Shown here in pieces: positions 20,700-32,749 of a stretch of 64,000 bases of DNA. The stretch's first letter is position 1; every line of letters begins with the position of its first letter. The stretch comes from an uncultured delta proteobacterium. GTDB lineage: Bacteria; Myxococcota; Myxococcia; Myxococcales; Myxococcaceae. The stretch spans positions 64,001-128,000 of the forward strand of contig CAVQKE010000006.1 in NCBI GenBank assembly GCA_963713045.1, in the 5' to 3' direction. The notes beneath the pieces are model-generated. The model had not been told where the DNA came from and searched no databases. It saw only the letters and a list, made by a program, of their open reading frames with translations. The position numbers were made by a program, and so were the translations under genes.

Positions 20700-21776
20700 C
20701 TAGTAGCTTACAAGCGCAGTCGCCAGCGCCGCATAGGCGTCAGCCAGCGCCGACACCGAAACACTCTCGCCGGCTTGATGGGCCTGGGCCGTCTCGCCGG
20801 GGCCGAAGTTGACGGCCTCCACGCCGTGCTGGGCAAGCCGGGCCACGTCGGTCCACGCTTGTTTGGCCGCTGCCGGCTGGCCACTGGCGAGGACCAGGCG
20901 CTGGAAGAAGGGGTTCATGGCGCACACCGGCGCCGAGGGGGAGCGGTCCGTCACCTCCACCTCCGCCCGCCCCGCCACCAGGCGGCGCAAGTCAGCCTCG
21001 GCATCCTCGGCGCTGCGTCCGGGAGCAAAGCGGACGTTGATGTTGAGGGTGAAGAGGTCCGGCACCACATTGCGGGCCGCACCGCCCTGGGCGAGGGTGG
21101 CGGTGAGGACTTCCTGAAAGCGGAAGCCACCGCAGTCGACGTCCCGGGGCGGCAGCGCCAGCAACTCGCTGAGAAGTGGCCCAGCCAAGTGCACTGCATT
21201 TCTCCCCTGCCAGGGCCGGGCGGCGTGGGCGGCTTTTCCTCGAAAGCGGACGGTGGCGTGCAGCGAGCCGACACACCCCACCTGCACCACCCCGTCGGTG
21301 GGCTCGAGCGCGATGGCGAAGCGGACGCTCGCCAACTCCGGTGCCCTCTCGAAGAGGAGGCCGAGCCCATTGTCGGCATAGGGCCCTTCCTCTCTCTCAT
21401 AGAGGATGAGCAGCAGGTTACACGGAAGCTCCTCGCGAGGCAGGGACTCGGCGAGCGCCATCATCACCGCCACCCCGCCCTTCATGTCGCTGGCCCCGGT
21501 GCCCACCAGCCGCTCTCCACTGCGGCGGGCGGGCCCGGTGTCGGGATGGGGCGGAACGGTGTCCAAGTGCCCCACCAGCGCCACCGTCGGGCGGGGGTCC
21601 TCGCGCCGTCCGAGGACGAAGCTGTGTCCGACCCGCAGCCGCTCTTCGGCCTTCCACAGCCGCGCCGCCCAGCTGTCCACCTGGGCCGCCAGCGCTGCCT
21701 CGCCGCCGGTCGGGCTGGCGATGGCACACAGGGCGAGGGTGGATGCGGCCAGCGCCTCGGGGTCAACCCTCGCCAT
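20700..21776 (-). CDS. dapE: succinyl-diaminopimelate desuccinylase
   Basis: M20 motifs GHLDTVP, GASDMKGG, REEG, GKAAHAARPW, AWTDVAR, NFGPG..AH. Lies in an operon with dapD. Confidence 0.9.
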   Translation of the reverse strand: MARVDPEALAASTLALCAIASPTGGEAALAAQVDSWAARLWKAEERLRVGHSFVLGRREDPRPTVALVGHLDTVPPHPDTGPARRSGERLVGTGASDMKGGVAVMMALAESLPREELPCNLLLILYEREEGPYADNGLGLLFERAPELASVRFAIALEPTDGVVQVGCVGSLHATVRFRGKAAHAARPWQGRNAVHLAGPLLSELLALPPRDVDCGGFRFQEVLTATLAQGGAARNVVPDLFTLNINVRFAPGRSAEDAEADLRRLVAGRAEVEVTDRSPSAPVCAMNPFFQRLVLASGQPAAAKQAWTDVARLAQHGVEAVNFGPGETAQAHQAGESVSVSALADAYAALATALVSY

Positions 21777-22362
21777 CCCCGCCGTCCAGAAAGAGGAGGG
21801 CCGCGCACACGCACGGCGCTCCCGGCAAGCCCCACATGGAATGGGTGGTCCCCGCCGCCATCGCCAGCGTCTCGCCGGGCCACACCACATGCCCGGCGGA
21901 GTCGGCGAAGCCCCCGTCGAGGACGAAAAGCTGCTCGCGGCCCACGTGGGCATGTTCCGAAAGCGTCACGCCGGCCGGCAGCCGAACCAGCGAGGCCAGC
22001 GCGGACTGCACCCGGGAGCCGCCGTCCACCGGGAGAACGCTGATGCCGACGTCCGGGCCCTCCATCCATTCCTCGGCGACGTCGATGCGGGCCAGCAGGC
22101 GGCGCGCCTCCGCCTCGCCGAAGTCGAAGAACTTTGCCAGCGCATCGCAGAAGCGCTCCAGCCGGTGAGGACTTAAGCCCGGCACCGTGCGCAGGACGGC
22201 GCCGGAGGCTTCGGCCATCGCCTCGACGGCGTGCTCCACCCGGCCCGGCGTTTCCTGGGGAGCGGCGTCGCCAGAAGGGGGTTCAGCTTCGCCGCCGCCC
22301 TCTGGGGTCGACTCGACGAGCGAGGCGACCAGCACGTCAATGGGGCGTTTGGAGTCGCTCAC
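21763..22362 (-). CDS. ChrR-like cupin protein
   Basis: HAHVGREQLFVLDGGFADSAGHVVWPGE, a paralog of 19999-20601. GTG start inferred. Confidence 0.7.
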   Translation of the reverse strand: MSDSKRPIDVLVASLVESTPEGGGEAEPPSGDAAPQETPGRVEHAVEAMAEASGAVLRTVPGLSPHRLERFCDALAKFFDFGEAEARRLLARIDVAEEWMEGPDVGISVLPVDGGSRVQSALASLVRLPAGVTLSEHAHVGREQLFVLDGGFADSAGHVVWPGETLAMAAGTTHSMWGLPGAPCVCAALLFLDGGDGEG

Positions 22363-22402
22363 GAAAGCGGACGGGGGGACCCGGGCGAGAGGCCCGACCC
22401 TA

Positions 22403-23224
22403 TCAAGCCGGAACCGCGAAATCGCGAAGGGCGCTCTCCAGAGACGTCTTTCGGTCGGTGCCGGCCGTCCGCTGGCCGATGATGAGGGCGCACGGCACCC
22501 CGTAGCTGCCGGCCGGGAAGGCCCGCGGGATGGTGCCGGGGATGACCACGCTTCGGGCCGGAACGCGGCCCCGGTATTCGCGGGCCTCGCTTCCGGTGAC
22601 GTCGAGGATGCGGGTGCTGGCGGTGAGGACGACGTTGGCGCCCAGCACCGCCTCCTCTTCCACCAGCACGCCCTCCACCACCACCGAACGGCTTCCAATG
22701 AAGACGCCGTCTTCGATGATGACCGGCGTGGCCGAAGGCGGCTCGAGGACGCCGCCCAGGCCGACGCCGCCGGAGAGGTGGACGTTGCGTCCCACCTGCG
22801 CGCAGGAGCCCACCGTGGCCCAGGTGTCCACCATCGTCCCGCTGCCCACCCGCGCGCCGATGTTGACGTAGCCCGGCATCACCACCGCGCCGGATTCGAC
22901 GTGCGCGCCGTAGCGGATGACCCCCGGGGGAACCAGCCGCACCCCGGCCGACGCCAAGTCCCTTTTCAGGGGGACCTTGTCATGGAATTCAAACGGGCCG
23001 ACGTGCATGGTGCGCGTCTCGGCGAGGACGAAGTACAGCAGGATGGCCTGCTTCACCCAGGCGTGCGTCACCCACGTCCCCTCCCGCTTCTCGGCAACGC
23101 GAAGGTCTCCCCGGTCGAGCGCGGCCAGCGTCAGCAGCACGGCGCTGCGCGTTCCGCTGTCCTGCAGCAGGGCGCGGTCGGCAAAGGCGGCCGAGACACG
23201 GGACTCCAGCATGGCAACGTCCAC
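22403..23224 (-). CDS. dapD: tetrahydrodipicolinate N-succinyltransferase
   Basis: WVKQAILLYF, HDKVPLK, MVDTWATVGSCAQVG, GGVLEP. Confidence 0.95.
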   Translation of the reverse strand: MDVAMLESRVSAAFADRALLQDSGTRSAVLLTLAALDRGDLRVAEKREGTWVTHAWVKQAILLYFVLAETRTMHVGPFEFHDKVPLKRDLASAGVRLVPPGVIRYGAHVESGAVVMPGYVNIGARVGSGTMVDTWATVGSCAQVGRNVHLSGGVGLGGVLEPPSATPVIIEDGVFIGSRSVVVEGVLVEEEAVLGANVVLTASTRILDVTGSEAREYRGRVPARSVVIPGTIPRAFPAGSYGVPCALIIGQRTAGTDRKTSLESALRDFAVPA

Positions 23225-23254
23225 GGGCGGATTCTCCTTTCTTACCGACGCCCC

Positions 23255-24145
23255 TCACCCTTCGGGGAGTCCGGCCAGCCGCCGGACGGCCTGGGCGATG
23301 GGCCAAGGGGCTTCTTCCTGCAGGAAGTGCCCGGCGTCCACCTCCGTCACGCGGGCCTTGGGGAAGGCGGCTCGGTGCCGCTTCAGGGCCCGGCCCAGAA
23401 TCGGGTCCCGTTGCCCCCACACCAACTCCACGGGCCCGGCGAAGGCCCGCACCCAGCGCTCCACTTCCCGCAGGGCCGGGACGCTGGGGTGCTGGGGGCC
23501 GTTGGGAACCATTCTGGCCAAGGCCAACGGCCCGGCGCGGTCTTCCCGGCGCGCCAGCGGCCAGCGGTAGGCAGCGGCCACTTCCCCCGAGATGCTGCGG
23601 CGGTCCGCCTGCACCCGGCCCAACAGGCCCAAGGGAAAGCCGAGGACACGGAAGGCGACGTCGCTGAGCAGCGGAACACGCGCCAGAGTGTGGAAGAGGG
23701 TGCCACGGAAGCGTGCCGGGAGGACGACGGCGGTGTTGAGGAGGCACAGGGCGGTCACCCGCGAGCCACTGTGGGCCGCGGCCCAGCAGCCCACCGGGCC
23801 GCCCCAGTCCTGCACCACCAGCACGGCGTCCCGGAGGTCGAGCGCTGCCATCCACTCGACCAGGGTGCCTGCGTGGGACACCAGGCTGTGCCAACGCACC
23901 GAACGGGGCTTGCTGCTTCGGCCAAAACCCAGCAGGTCCGGCGCCAGCAGGCGCAGGGGCGCGCCAGCCAGGGCGTGCAGGACGCGCCTCCAAAGGAAGC
24001 CCCAGGTGGGATTGCCGTGGACGAAGACGACTGGCCGGCCTTTTCCCACCTCGACGTAGGCCAGGCTTCCCCCGGACACCTCCAGGCGCTGGACGGGGTA
24101 GGGATACTCCAGAAGCACGCGCGGAGGCGGAGGAGGCGTTTCCAT
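23255..24145 (-). CDS. haloalkane dehalogenase/OleB-like alpha/beta hydrolase
   Basis: HGNPTW, PDLLGFGRSSKP, VQDWGGP, GHFLQEE. Confidence 0.85.
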   Translation of the reverse strand: METPPPPPRVLLEYPYPVQRLEVSGGSLAYVEVGKGRPVVFVHGNPTWGFLWRRVLHALAGAPLRLLAPDLLGFGRSSKPRSVRWHSLVSHAGTLVEWMAALDLRDAVLVVQDWGGPVGCWAAAHSGSRVTALCLLNTAVVLPARFRGTLFHTLARVPLLSDVAFRVLGFPLGLLGRVQADRRSISGEVAAAYRWPLARREDRAGPLALARMVPNGPQHPSVPALREVERWVRAFAGPVELVWGQRDPILGRALKRHRAAFPKARVTEVDAGHFLQEEAPWPIAQAVRRLAGLPEG

Positions 24146-24211
24146 GGTTTCTTAGCCAGCCTAGGGGGCCGTCACCCCTGGCCCCACTGCCTGCAAAAGG
24201 CCAAAACGCCC

Positions 24212-25060
24212 GTGCCCACCTCTGCGCCGCTCGTCTCGCTGGTTATCCCCGTCTACAACGAGAACGACACGCTTGCCGAGCTCCTCCGCCGGGTGGTGGC
24301 GGTGGACATGCGCAAGGAAGTCATCCTCGTGGACGACTGCTCCACCGACGGCTCGACGGACTTCCTCCGCCAGCTGGCAGCCGAAGGCCTCCGTCTTCTG
24401 CGGGACGCGAAGCCAGCCAATGAGACGTCGGTGCACGTCCTCTTCCAGTCCAAGAATTTGGGCAAGGGTGCTGCGCTTCGCCGCGGCTTCCAGGCCGCCA
24501 CCGGCGACATCGTCATCGTCCAGGACGCCGACTTGGAATACGACCCGCGGGAGATTCCCAGGGTCATTCAGCCCATCGTCGACGGCGATGCTGACGTCGT
24601 CTACGGAAGTCGCTTCACCGGCACTCCGCGGCGGGTCCTCTTCTACTGGCATGCCGTCATGAATGGACTGCTGACCACCCTGTCCAACATGACCAGCGGC
24701 CTCAACCTCACCGACATGGAGACTTGCTACAAGGCCTTCCGACGCGAAGTCATCCAATCCATCCCCATTGAGGAGGACCGCTTTGGCTTCGAGCCCGAAA
24801 TTACCGCCAAAGTCGCCCGCGGCCGGTACCGGGTTTACGAGGTGCCCATCAGCTACCACGGGCGCACCTACGAGGAAGGGAAGAAGATTGGCTGGAAGGA
24901 TGGCGTTCGCGCGCTGTACGCCATTTTCAAGTTTGCGCTGAAGCGGGGGCCCCGGGCCGTGGCCGCCCTTCCGGCGCGGCTTTCCGCGGCCCCCCCGGGG
25001 GTCGAGGCGCCCACCAGCGACTCCTTCCGGGGCCGAGCAAGCAGCCAGACACCGCCCTAG
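24212..25060 (+). CDS. GT2 glycosyltransferase (DPM-synthase-like)
   Basis: IPVYNE, VDDCSTDGS, NLGKGAA, QDADLEYDP, TDMETCYK. Start placed at GTG 24212. Confidence 0.92.
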   Translation: MPTSAPLVSLVIPVYNENDTLAELLRRVVAVDMRKEVILVDDCSTDGSTDFLRQLAAEGLRLLRDAKPANETSVHVLFQSKNLGKGAALRRGFQAATGDIVIVQDADLEYDPREIPRVIQPIVDGDADVVYGSRFTGTPRRVLFYWHAVMNGLLTTLSNMTSGLNLTDMETCYKAFRREVIQSIPIEEDRFGFEPEITAKVARGRYRVYEVPISYHGRTYEEGKKIGWKDGVRALYAIFKFALKRGPRAVAALPARLSAAPPGVEAPTSDSFRGRASSQTPP

Positions 25061-25094
25061 GTGCGCGGAATCCTAGGGTGCTAGCGTGGCATGA

Positions 25095-26980
<1,886 letters not shown>

Positions 26981-26997
26981 CCCCACCGTGGCCGCCG

Positions 26998-28044
26998 CTA
27001 CCAGCGCACCTGCTGGTCCTCGGTGACGCCCGGAAGGTCCGTCAGCTGAAGGACTTCACTCCCTGCGCGCACCGTGCCGACGAAGAAGCCCTGCAGTTGC
27101 CAAAAGCGGCTCTTCACCAACACCAGGTTGCGCTCCTCGCGGTGCAGGTGCAGCGGGCGGAAGCGCAAGGAGAAGTCTCCCGTCTCGGACTCCAGCTGCC
27201 AGAGGCCCAGCGGGTCTTCACGCAGAAAGGAAAAGCGGGCCCGACCCAAGGGGTACAGCGCGCCCCCCACCCACACCGCATTCTCATTCTCGCCCGGCCC
27301 GTCGTTGACGCCCTCCACCAGGTTGAAGGACAACACCCGTCCGTCCTCCAGCCGCCCGGCAGCCATCGCCCAGCGCCAGGCAGTGCGGCGTGCCAACAGT
27401 CCCTGGGTGGCGTCGAGGCCCGCCACCGCCCCCTCCAGGGGGAGGGAGCGCCGGCCGACGTTCAGGCTGCCCGCGGCACGAAGCCCTCCAGACTTTTCGG
27501 TGACGTTGAGGCCGCCCCCGCGGACCGCCGCCACCACCACCAGCGGCGGGGGCGCCTCGTCCGCCAACAGGGCCAGGTGCAGATGCACCGGCCCGGCACC
27601 ACCGGTGCGGAAGGCGGCCAAGTCGACGTCCAGCTGGAGGGCTTTTGCCGTCTCGCCGCGCGAGAAGGCGAAGCGGACGCCCAGGGCCCGGAACTGGGCC
27701 CGCAGGCCGCGCGCCGGCCTGTCGTTGACGTGCGCCAGCGGCGCCAAAAACCCCACCGCAGCAAAGTCGAGGAGCGCGCGCTTGTCGCGCAAGTCCACCA
27801 CGGTGAAGAAGGCATGTGAGGCGTAACCGAGGTCCACCACGGCGGTGGCGAGGATGACGTCGGCCGTCGTCACCAGGCCGTACACCCAAGCCTTGCGGCG
27901 CAAGAAGCGCCGCCAGCCAGGGACGCCGTGGGGCGGCCGCAGCGCCTCCAGGCGCACCTGCTGCACGTCTCCTTGGTAGGTGCCGAGGCAGGGACGCAGC
28001 GCAGCGTCCGGAATGCATTCTGGCGCGGGCGGAAGGGTGGGCAT
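26998..28044 (-). CDS. DUF2804-like protein
   Basis: RKAW.Y..VDLGY, TAWRWA, ENAVW, and C-terminal GVTEDQ..RW. Confidence 0.75.
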   Translation of the reverse strand: MPTLPPAPECIPDAALRPCLGTYQGDVQQVRLEALRPPHGVPGWRRFLRRKAWVYGLVTTADVILATAVVDLGYASHAFFTVVDLRDKRALLDFAAVGFLAPLAHVNDRPARGLRAQFRALGVRFAFSRGETAKALQLDVDLAAFRTGGAGPVHLHLALLADEAPPPLVVVAAVRGGGLNVTEKSGGLRAAGSLNVGRRSLPLEGAVAGLDATQGLLARRTAWRWAMAAGRLEDGRVLSFNLVEGVNDGPGENENAVWVGGALYPLGRARFSFLREDPLGLWQLESETGDFSLRFRPLHLHREERNLVLVKSRFWQLQGFFVGTVRAGSEVLQLTDLPGVTEDQQVRW

Positions 28045-28147
28045 TGGCCGAGGCACCATCCCCTCCAGAAGATGCTGGAGGCAAACGCCTTGTCGGGCCC
28101 GGCGCCCAGCAATCCCTGGCGGCGTCTCCCGTATACTGAAGCGACCC

Positions 28148-28741
28148 ATGCTCGACGACGTGAGGAAGGCAGTGCGGGGCCTCGGCCCAGCCAGCGTGAA
28201 GCGACTCGCCAACCAGCGTCTGTCGACGCTGGTGCTGCAGGAATCACGGCGGGCCAAGCGGCGCGTCAGCGACCTCAAAGCGCGCTACCCGTCCGCCGCG
28301 GCGCGGGAGTTGTCCCAGCACCTGATTGAGCAGAAGAAGCAGGCCGCTGCGTTGGTGGGGGGCATTTCCGGAGCCTTCGGCGTGGTGGGCATTCCAGCGG
28401 ACTTGGTGGCGATGGCGGTGTTGGAAGTGCAGCTGCTGGTGGACATCGCCACCGCCTATGAAGTGCGCTTGGAATTCGCGCGCTCGCGCGAGGAGTTGCT
28501 GGGCGTGTTGGGAACGGCCAACGGCGTCGGCGCGCTGGGCCGGGCCAGCCCCAAGGTGGTGGGAAAGCTGGCTCAGCTCCTCTTCGAGCGAGGAGGCTTG
28601 GCCAGCCTCGGACGGGCTTTCCCTCTGGTGGCCGCTCCCCTCACCAGCTGGCTCAACAACCGCGACATCCAAAAGCTGGGGGACGCGGCGCTGCTGCACT
28701 ACCAGGGCTTCGCCCGCGCCTCGGCCAAGCGCTCCAGCTAA
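28148..28741 (+). CDS. EcsC-family protein
   Basis: GGISGAFGVVGIPADL..IATAY pattern. Confidence 0.75.
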   Translation: MLDDVRKAVRGLGPASVKRLANQRLSTLVLQESRRAKRRVSDLKARYPSAAARELSQHLIEQKKQAAALVGGISGAFGVVGIPADLVAMAVLEVQLLVDIATAYEVRLEFARSREELLGVLGTANGVGALGRASPKVVGKLAQLLFERGGLASLGRAFPLVAAPLTSWLNNRDIQKLGDAALLHYQGFARASAKRSS

Positions 28742-28797
28742 AGCCGGCTGCCGGCAGTCGAAGACAGCGCCGGAGGCGTGGTAGGAAGTCGCCCTTC

Positions 28798-29136
28798 GTG
28801 CCAAGCCGCTTCGTCCTTCAACGTCGTTGGCTCGTGCCGCTGGTGCTGCTTGGCGCCTGCGGGGGCATTTACGTGGACGGCAACCTGCCCAACTCCATTC
28901 CGGTCATCACTTCCTTCACCGCCACGCCGGACATGCTGGATGCCGGCGGGGGCCAAAGCCTTTTGACCTGGACGGTGCTGTACGCTGACAACCTCTTCCT
29001 CGCGCCGGACGCAGGCAACGTCAGCGGCCTGACCGGCGGCCCGGTGGTGGTGAGCACCAGCACCACCTTCACCCTCAGCGCCTCCAACGCCCTCGGCGTC
29101 GCCTCGGCCAACGTCACCATCACCGTCGCCCCTTAG
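28798..29136 (+). CDS. small lipoprotein with Ig-like beta domain
   Basis: Lipobox LLGAC, then PVITSFTATP..TTFTLSASN. Confidence 0.7.
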   Translation: MPSRFVLQRRWLVPLVLLGACGGIYVDGNLPNSIPVITSFTATPDMLDAGGGQSLLTWTVLYADNLFLAPDAGNVSGLTGGPVVVSTSTTFTLSASNALGVASANVTITVAP

Positions 29137-31120
29137 TCGGGCGCCCTTTCGCCTTCCGGGAGGCTGGGCCAGTCTTGGGTCCCGGAGGCGCGCGGCCGGG
29201 CGAGGAACGCTTGGCCCCCGGCGGCTGACGGGGCCAGGCCCACTCCGGCTGGTTCACCACCGGCAGCTGCAGGGCGCGCTCGCGGTCGAGGTCCAAGTTA
29301 CCGAGGTGCAGCGACAGCGGCGCTTGCACCCATTTGTAAATGGAACCGAGGAAGAGTCGGACAAACTTTTCCACGTCTGCCTGCACGGTGGCGGCCGGCA
29401 TTTCGGGGAACAGGGTGCGCAGCACCTGCGCCACCTCCTCCGGCGTCAACTTCTCCTCGGCGAAGAGGTGGAAGCAGGCATCCAGGACGGGGAAGGGCAT
29501 CAGCTCTTCCTCCCCCAGCTGGTGCAGCGCCAGCTCCGGGCCGGCCGGCAGCGCCAGCACCTGGCGGATGCCATCCAGCTGCAGTCTCGCCTGGAGGTGG
29601 TCCAACAGGACGGCCACCACCGTCTTTGGTACGTTGGCGATGACCGCCAGTCCACCTTCGAGGTCCCCGCCGACGGTGGTGTAGCCCACCGCGCGCTCGC
29701 TCATGTTTCCGGTCTGCAGGAAGAGGGCGCTGGCCGAGTTGCTCCAATTCCACATTCTCTGGCCGCGCAGTCGCGCCTGGATGTTTTGCTCGGTCACCGG
29801 AGTGAGGGTGCCGTCCGGGCCCAGCATTTTCAGCACGGCGTCGCGCTCCGCCTCGAAGGCGTCGTCGATGCCCACCGTCTGGAAGGGCACCCCCAACTCC
29901 TCGCAGACGGTTCGGGCGGCGGCCTCGGTCTCGGCCGAGGAGAAGCGAGACGGCATGTAGAAGGCCCGCAGCAGGCTGCCCGGCGCGGCCGGGCGCACCC
30001 GGGAGGCGTAGCGGTGCGCCACCAGCAGCGTCAGCAGCGAATCCCGGCCGCCGGAGAGGGCGACGCCGAGGCAGCGGAAGACGCGGTTTTTCTCGAAATA
30101 ACCCCCGACGCCCAGCGCCAGCGCGTCCAGCACTTCCTCGCAGTAGCGGCGGCGCGGGCTTTCTGGCGCCTGCTCCGGCGGCAGAAAGAAGCTGCCGTGG
30201 GTGGGCACCGGGTAGCGCAGCCCTTGACGCTGGGAGGCGAAGGCTTCCTTGGGCACACTGCGGACGGGAACAGCTGGATGGCGCATCAGGTAGGCGGCTC
30301 GGTCCTGGCGCCAGGTGGTGGCTTCCCCACGCAGGCGGCGTGTCCGGTCGAGGTCCACTGTCACCGCCGCGAAGCCCTCGGCAAAGCGCGGGGCGTCCAG
30401 CATCTCGCGGCCGTTTTGGAAGACGAAGCCTCCCCCGTCGAAAATCAGGCCGTCGTTGGCGCCCACCAGGTTGACGTAGGCCAGCGTGCACTGCCGGTCG
30501 GCGGCGCGGGTGGCCAACAGCTCGCGCCGCGTGGCTTGCGTCCCCACCCGGAAGGGCGAGGCGGACACATTCACCACCAACTCGGCCCCGGCGTAGGTGC
30601 GCCGCCGCATCGGGCCGTCGGCGCTCCACACGTCCTCACACACCTCGACCGCCAGGATGCCGAAGTCAAACTCAAACACCTGGTCCCCCAGAGGGACACC
30701 GCGGTGCTGCACGGCGAGGCCGGGGTGCCCTCGGTCGAAGGTGCGACCTTCGTAGAAGACGCTGTAGGTGGGAAGCTTCTCCTTGGGGACCAGGCCTAGA
30801 ACGCGACCTCCGGCCACCACCGCCGCGCAGTTGTAGCGAAGGCCCTGGTGGGCGACGGCCACCCCCAGCACATGGACGGTGGGCTGGCCGGCGGTGGCCG
30901 AGGCGAAGCGCAACAGCGCCTCCCATTGCCGGTCGAGGAAGCCTTCCCACTGCACCAAATCCTCTGGCGGGTAGCCGCCCACCACCTGCTCCGGGTAGGC
31001 GCCGACGGTGACGCCGTCCTCGGCCATGGCCGAAGCCCAACCCAGCGCGCGCTCGACGTTGGAATCCACCGCTCCGACGGTGGAGTCGACCGAAGCCAGG
31101 CCAATGCGGACCAGTCGCAC
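29120..31120 (-). CDS. nadE: glutamine-dependent NAD+ synthetase
   Basis: CN-hydrolase domain (PEQ, PKEKLP.Y, EVCEDVW) plus SGGRDS, QNIQARLRG, TGNMSE.AVGY. Confidence 0.93.
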   Translation of the reverse strand: MRLVRIGLASVDSTVGAVDSNVERALGWASAMAEDGVTVGAYPEQVVGGYPPEDLVQWEGFLDRQWEALLRFASATAGQPTVHVLGVAVAHQGLRYNCAAVVAGGRVLGLVPKEKLPTYSVFYEGRTFDRGHPGLAVQHRGVPLGDQVFEFDFGILAVEVCEDVWSADGPMRRRTYAGAELVVNVSASPFRVGTQATRRELLATRAADRQCTLAYVNLVGANDGLIFDGGGFVFQNGREMLDAPRFAEGFAAVTVDLDRTRRLRGEATTWRQDRAAYLMRHPAVPVRSVPKEAFASQRQGLRYPVPTHGSFFLPPEQAPESPRRRYCEEVLDALALGVGGYFEKNRVFRCLGVALSGGRDSLLTLLVAHRYASRVRPAAPGSLLRAFYMPSRFSSAETEAAARTVCEELGVPFQTVGIDDAFEAERDAVLKMLGPDGTLTPVTEQNIQARLRGQRMWNWSNSASALFLQTGNMSERAVGYTTVGGDLEGGLAVIANVPKTVVAVLLDHLQARLQLDGIRQVLALPAGPELALHQLGEEELMPFPVLDACFHLFAEEKLTPEEVAQVLRTLFPEMPAATVQADVEKFVRLFLGSIYKWVQAPLSLHLGNLDLDRERALQLPVVNQPEWAWPRQPPGAKRSSPGRAPPGPKTGPASRKAKGRPTKGRR

Positions 31121-31149
31121 GACGGGACAACACACTCCTTTCCGAATGT

Positions 31150-31806
31150 CTAATTCACCAGGCCTTCGGGCCGCACCGGCTGCAACCGGGCCAGGACTTC
31201 ACTGATTTCGGCCAGCACGGTGCGCAGCCGTAAGCCCACCTCCAGCTGGCAGAGCAACTCTTGACGGCGTTCCACGTCGGCCACCACGCTGCTGGCCACC
31301 ACGTCGGCCAGGGCGCCACCCGCCGTCCGCGCCGCCGCCTGCAGCAGGCCCTGCGCCACCGGCGGTGGCAGGCGGGCCGCCAACTCGAAAACGGCCTGCC
31401 GCAGCTGTTCCTCCTCGGGAAAGCTTTGCTCGGGGTCGGGAAGCAAGGAGACGTTGATTTCCCGGTACTGCGCGCGCGGCGGCAACTCCTGGACGATGCG
31501 GGCCCGGGTGGTGCCTTGCACGATGATGTTGTAGCGGCCCCCCTCCAGCTCCTCGTGCCAGGCGATGACGCCGGCGCACACCATCGGCCTCATCCGTGGA
31601 CGGCCGGCGTAGCTGTTTTCGTAGCCTGGCTCCAGCTGGGCCAGCGCCATCACCCGGTCCTCGGTCAGCGCGTCGCGCACCAAGTCCCGGTAGCGGGTTT
31701 CAAAAATGTGCAACGGGAGCACGGTGTGCGGAAAAAGCACCACCGAGGGAAGAGGAAACACTTTGAGCGCGTTCTTGGCGCGCTCCAGTCGCTCCAGCGC
31801 CGTCAT
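31150..31806 (-). CDS. Lon N-terminal substrate-binding domain protein
   Basis: VFPLPSVVLFP..LPLHIFE.RY. No ATPase or protease domain. Confidence 0.88.
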   Translation of the reverse strand: MTALERLERAKNALKVFPLPSVVLFPHTVLPLHIFETRYRDLVRDALTEDRVMALAQLEPGYENSYAGRPRMRPMVCAGVIAWHEELEGGRYNIIVQGTTRARIVQELPPRAQYREINVSLLPDPEQSFPEEEQLRQAVFELAARLPPPVAQGLLQAAARTAGGALADVVASSVVADVERRQELLCQLEVGLRLRTVLAEISEVLARLQPVRPEGLVN

Positions 31807-31880
31807 GTCCGCACCACAACCTAACGCGTTTCGCGCAGGCCCGCTTCAGGCTCTGCCACTGCTAGTCTGCCAACTCCCCC

Positions 31881-32480
31881 ATGGAAACCACCATTCCCGT
31901 CGCCAAGTCCGGCTGGGTGACGCGGGCCTACCTGCGGGTCGAGTCCTACGCCGGCACCCCAGCTGCCCTGGCCGCACTGGCCGTGGTGTCCTTCGTCGAC
32001 TCGTCATTTTTCCCCGTCACCCCGTTTGCGCTGTTGGTGCCGATGGTCATCGCTGAACCCAAGCGGTGGCTGCGGCTGGTGGCGGTCGGCACCACCGCTT
32101 CGGTCGCCGGCTCGGTGCTGGGGTGGGCCATTGGAATGGCCATCCGCGCCGGCGTCTTTCACTTCTTCACCGTCGAGCTGAGTCTGCGCATTGACCGCTT
32201 CGGCCTCCACGGCACCATCGGGGAGCTGCTGGCTGGCAACCTCTGGACGCTGGTCATCCTCTTCACCCTGACGCCCCTGTTTAAGGTGGTCACCATCGGC
32301 AGCGGGTTGGTGGCGGTCCCGCTGCCGAGCGTGCTGGTGGCGGCCGCCATCGGCCGCTCGGTGCGCTTCCTGCTGTTTGCCGGGCTGGCGCGCTTTGGAG
32401 GGGCCCGGGTGCGGACGTGGCTCATCGGCCGCTACCCCCACGCGCAATCGGTGAAGGTGCCCGACGTAAAACTGAGGTGA
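31881..32480 (+). CDS. YqaA/DedA-family membrane protein
   Basis: SFVDSSFFP..LLVPM, ASVAGSVLGW, GRSVRF. Confidence 0.8.
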   Translation: METTIPVAKSGWVTRAYLRVESYAGTPAALAALAVVSFVDSSFFPVTPFALLVPMVIAEPKRWLRLVAVGTTASVAGSVLGWAIGMAIRAGVFHFFTVELSLRIDRFGLHGTIGELLAGNLWTLVILFTLTPLFKVVTIGSGLVAVPLPSVLVAAAIGRSVRFLLFAGLARFGGARVRTWLIGRYPHAQSVKVPDVKLR

Positions 32481-32500
32481 GCCCCTCTGCAGGGGTGCCG

Positions 32501-32734
32501 ATGCCCCGCCCCAGCGTTGCCGCACTGTTGTCCTTCCTCATCCCCGGCCTCGGGCAGCTGTACAACCGCGAGTACCTGCGCGGCCTCTTCTGGCTGGTGG
32601 TGACGCCCGGGCTGTGGATTGCCTCGGCCGGGCTGTTGGGCTGGGCGATGCACCTGCTGTCGGCCGCCACCGCCTACCACCGGGCCGAGCTGTTGCAGCG
32701 CCGCCAGTCCTGGCCGGTCCGGGTGGACGTCTGA
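32501..32734 (+). CDS. small membrane protein
   Basis: AALLSFLIPGLGQLYN motif. Confidence 0.75.
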   Translation: MPRPSVAALLSFLIPGLGQLYNREYLRGLFWLVVTPGLWIASAGLLGWAMHLLSAATAYHRAELLQRRQSWPVRVDV

Positions 32735-32749
32735 CCGGCGCGCGGCGCC

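Noticed and set aside
22187..24211. Apparent 957-aa fusion ORF ending in the GT2 domain
   Set aside because: The N-terminal ~675 aa are antisense to the cupin, dapD and hydrolase genes. The real GT2 starts near 24212.
31268..31283. parS-like CGTTCCACGTCGGCCA
   Set aside because: Only half of the parS palindrome matches, and it lies inside a CDS.
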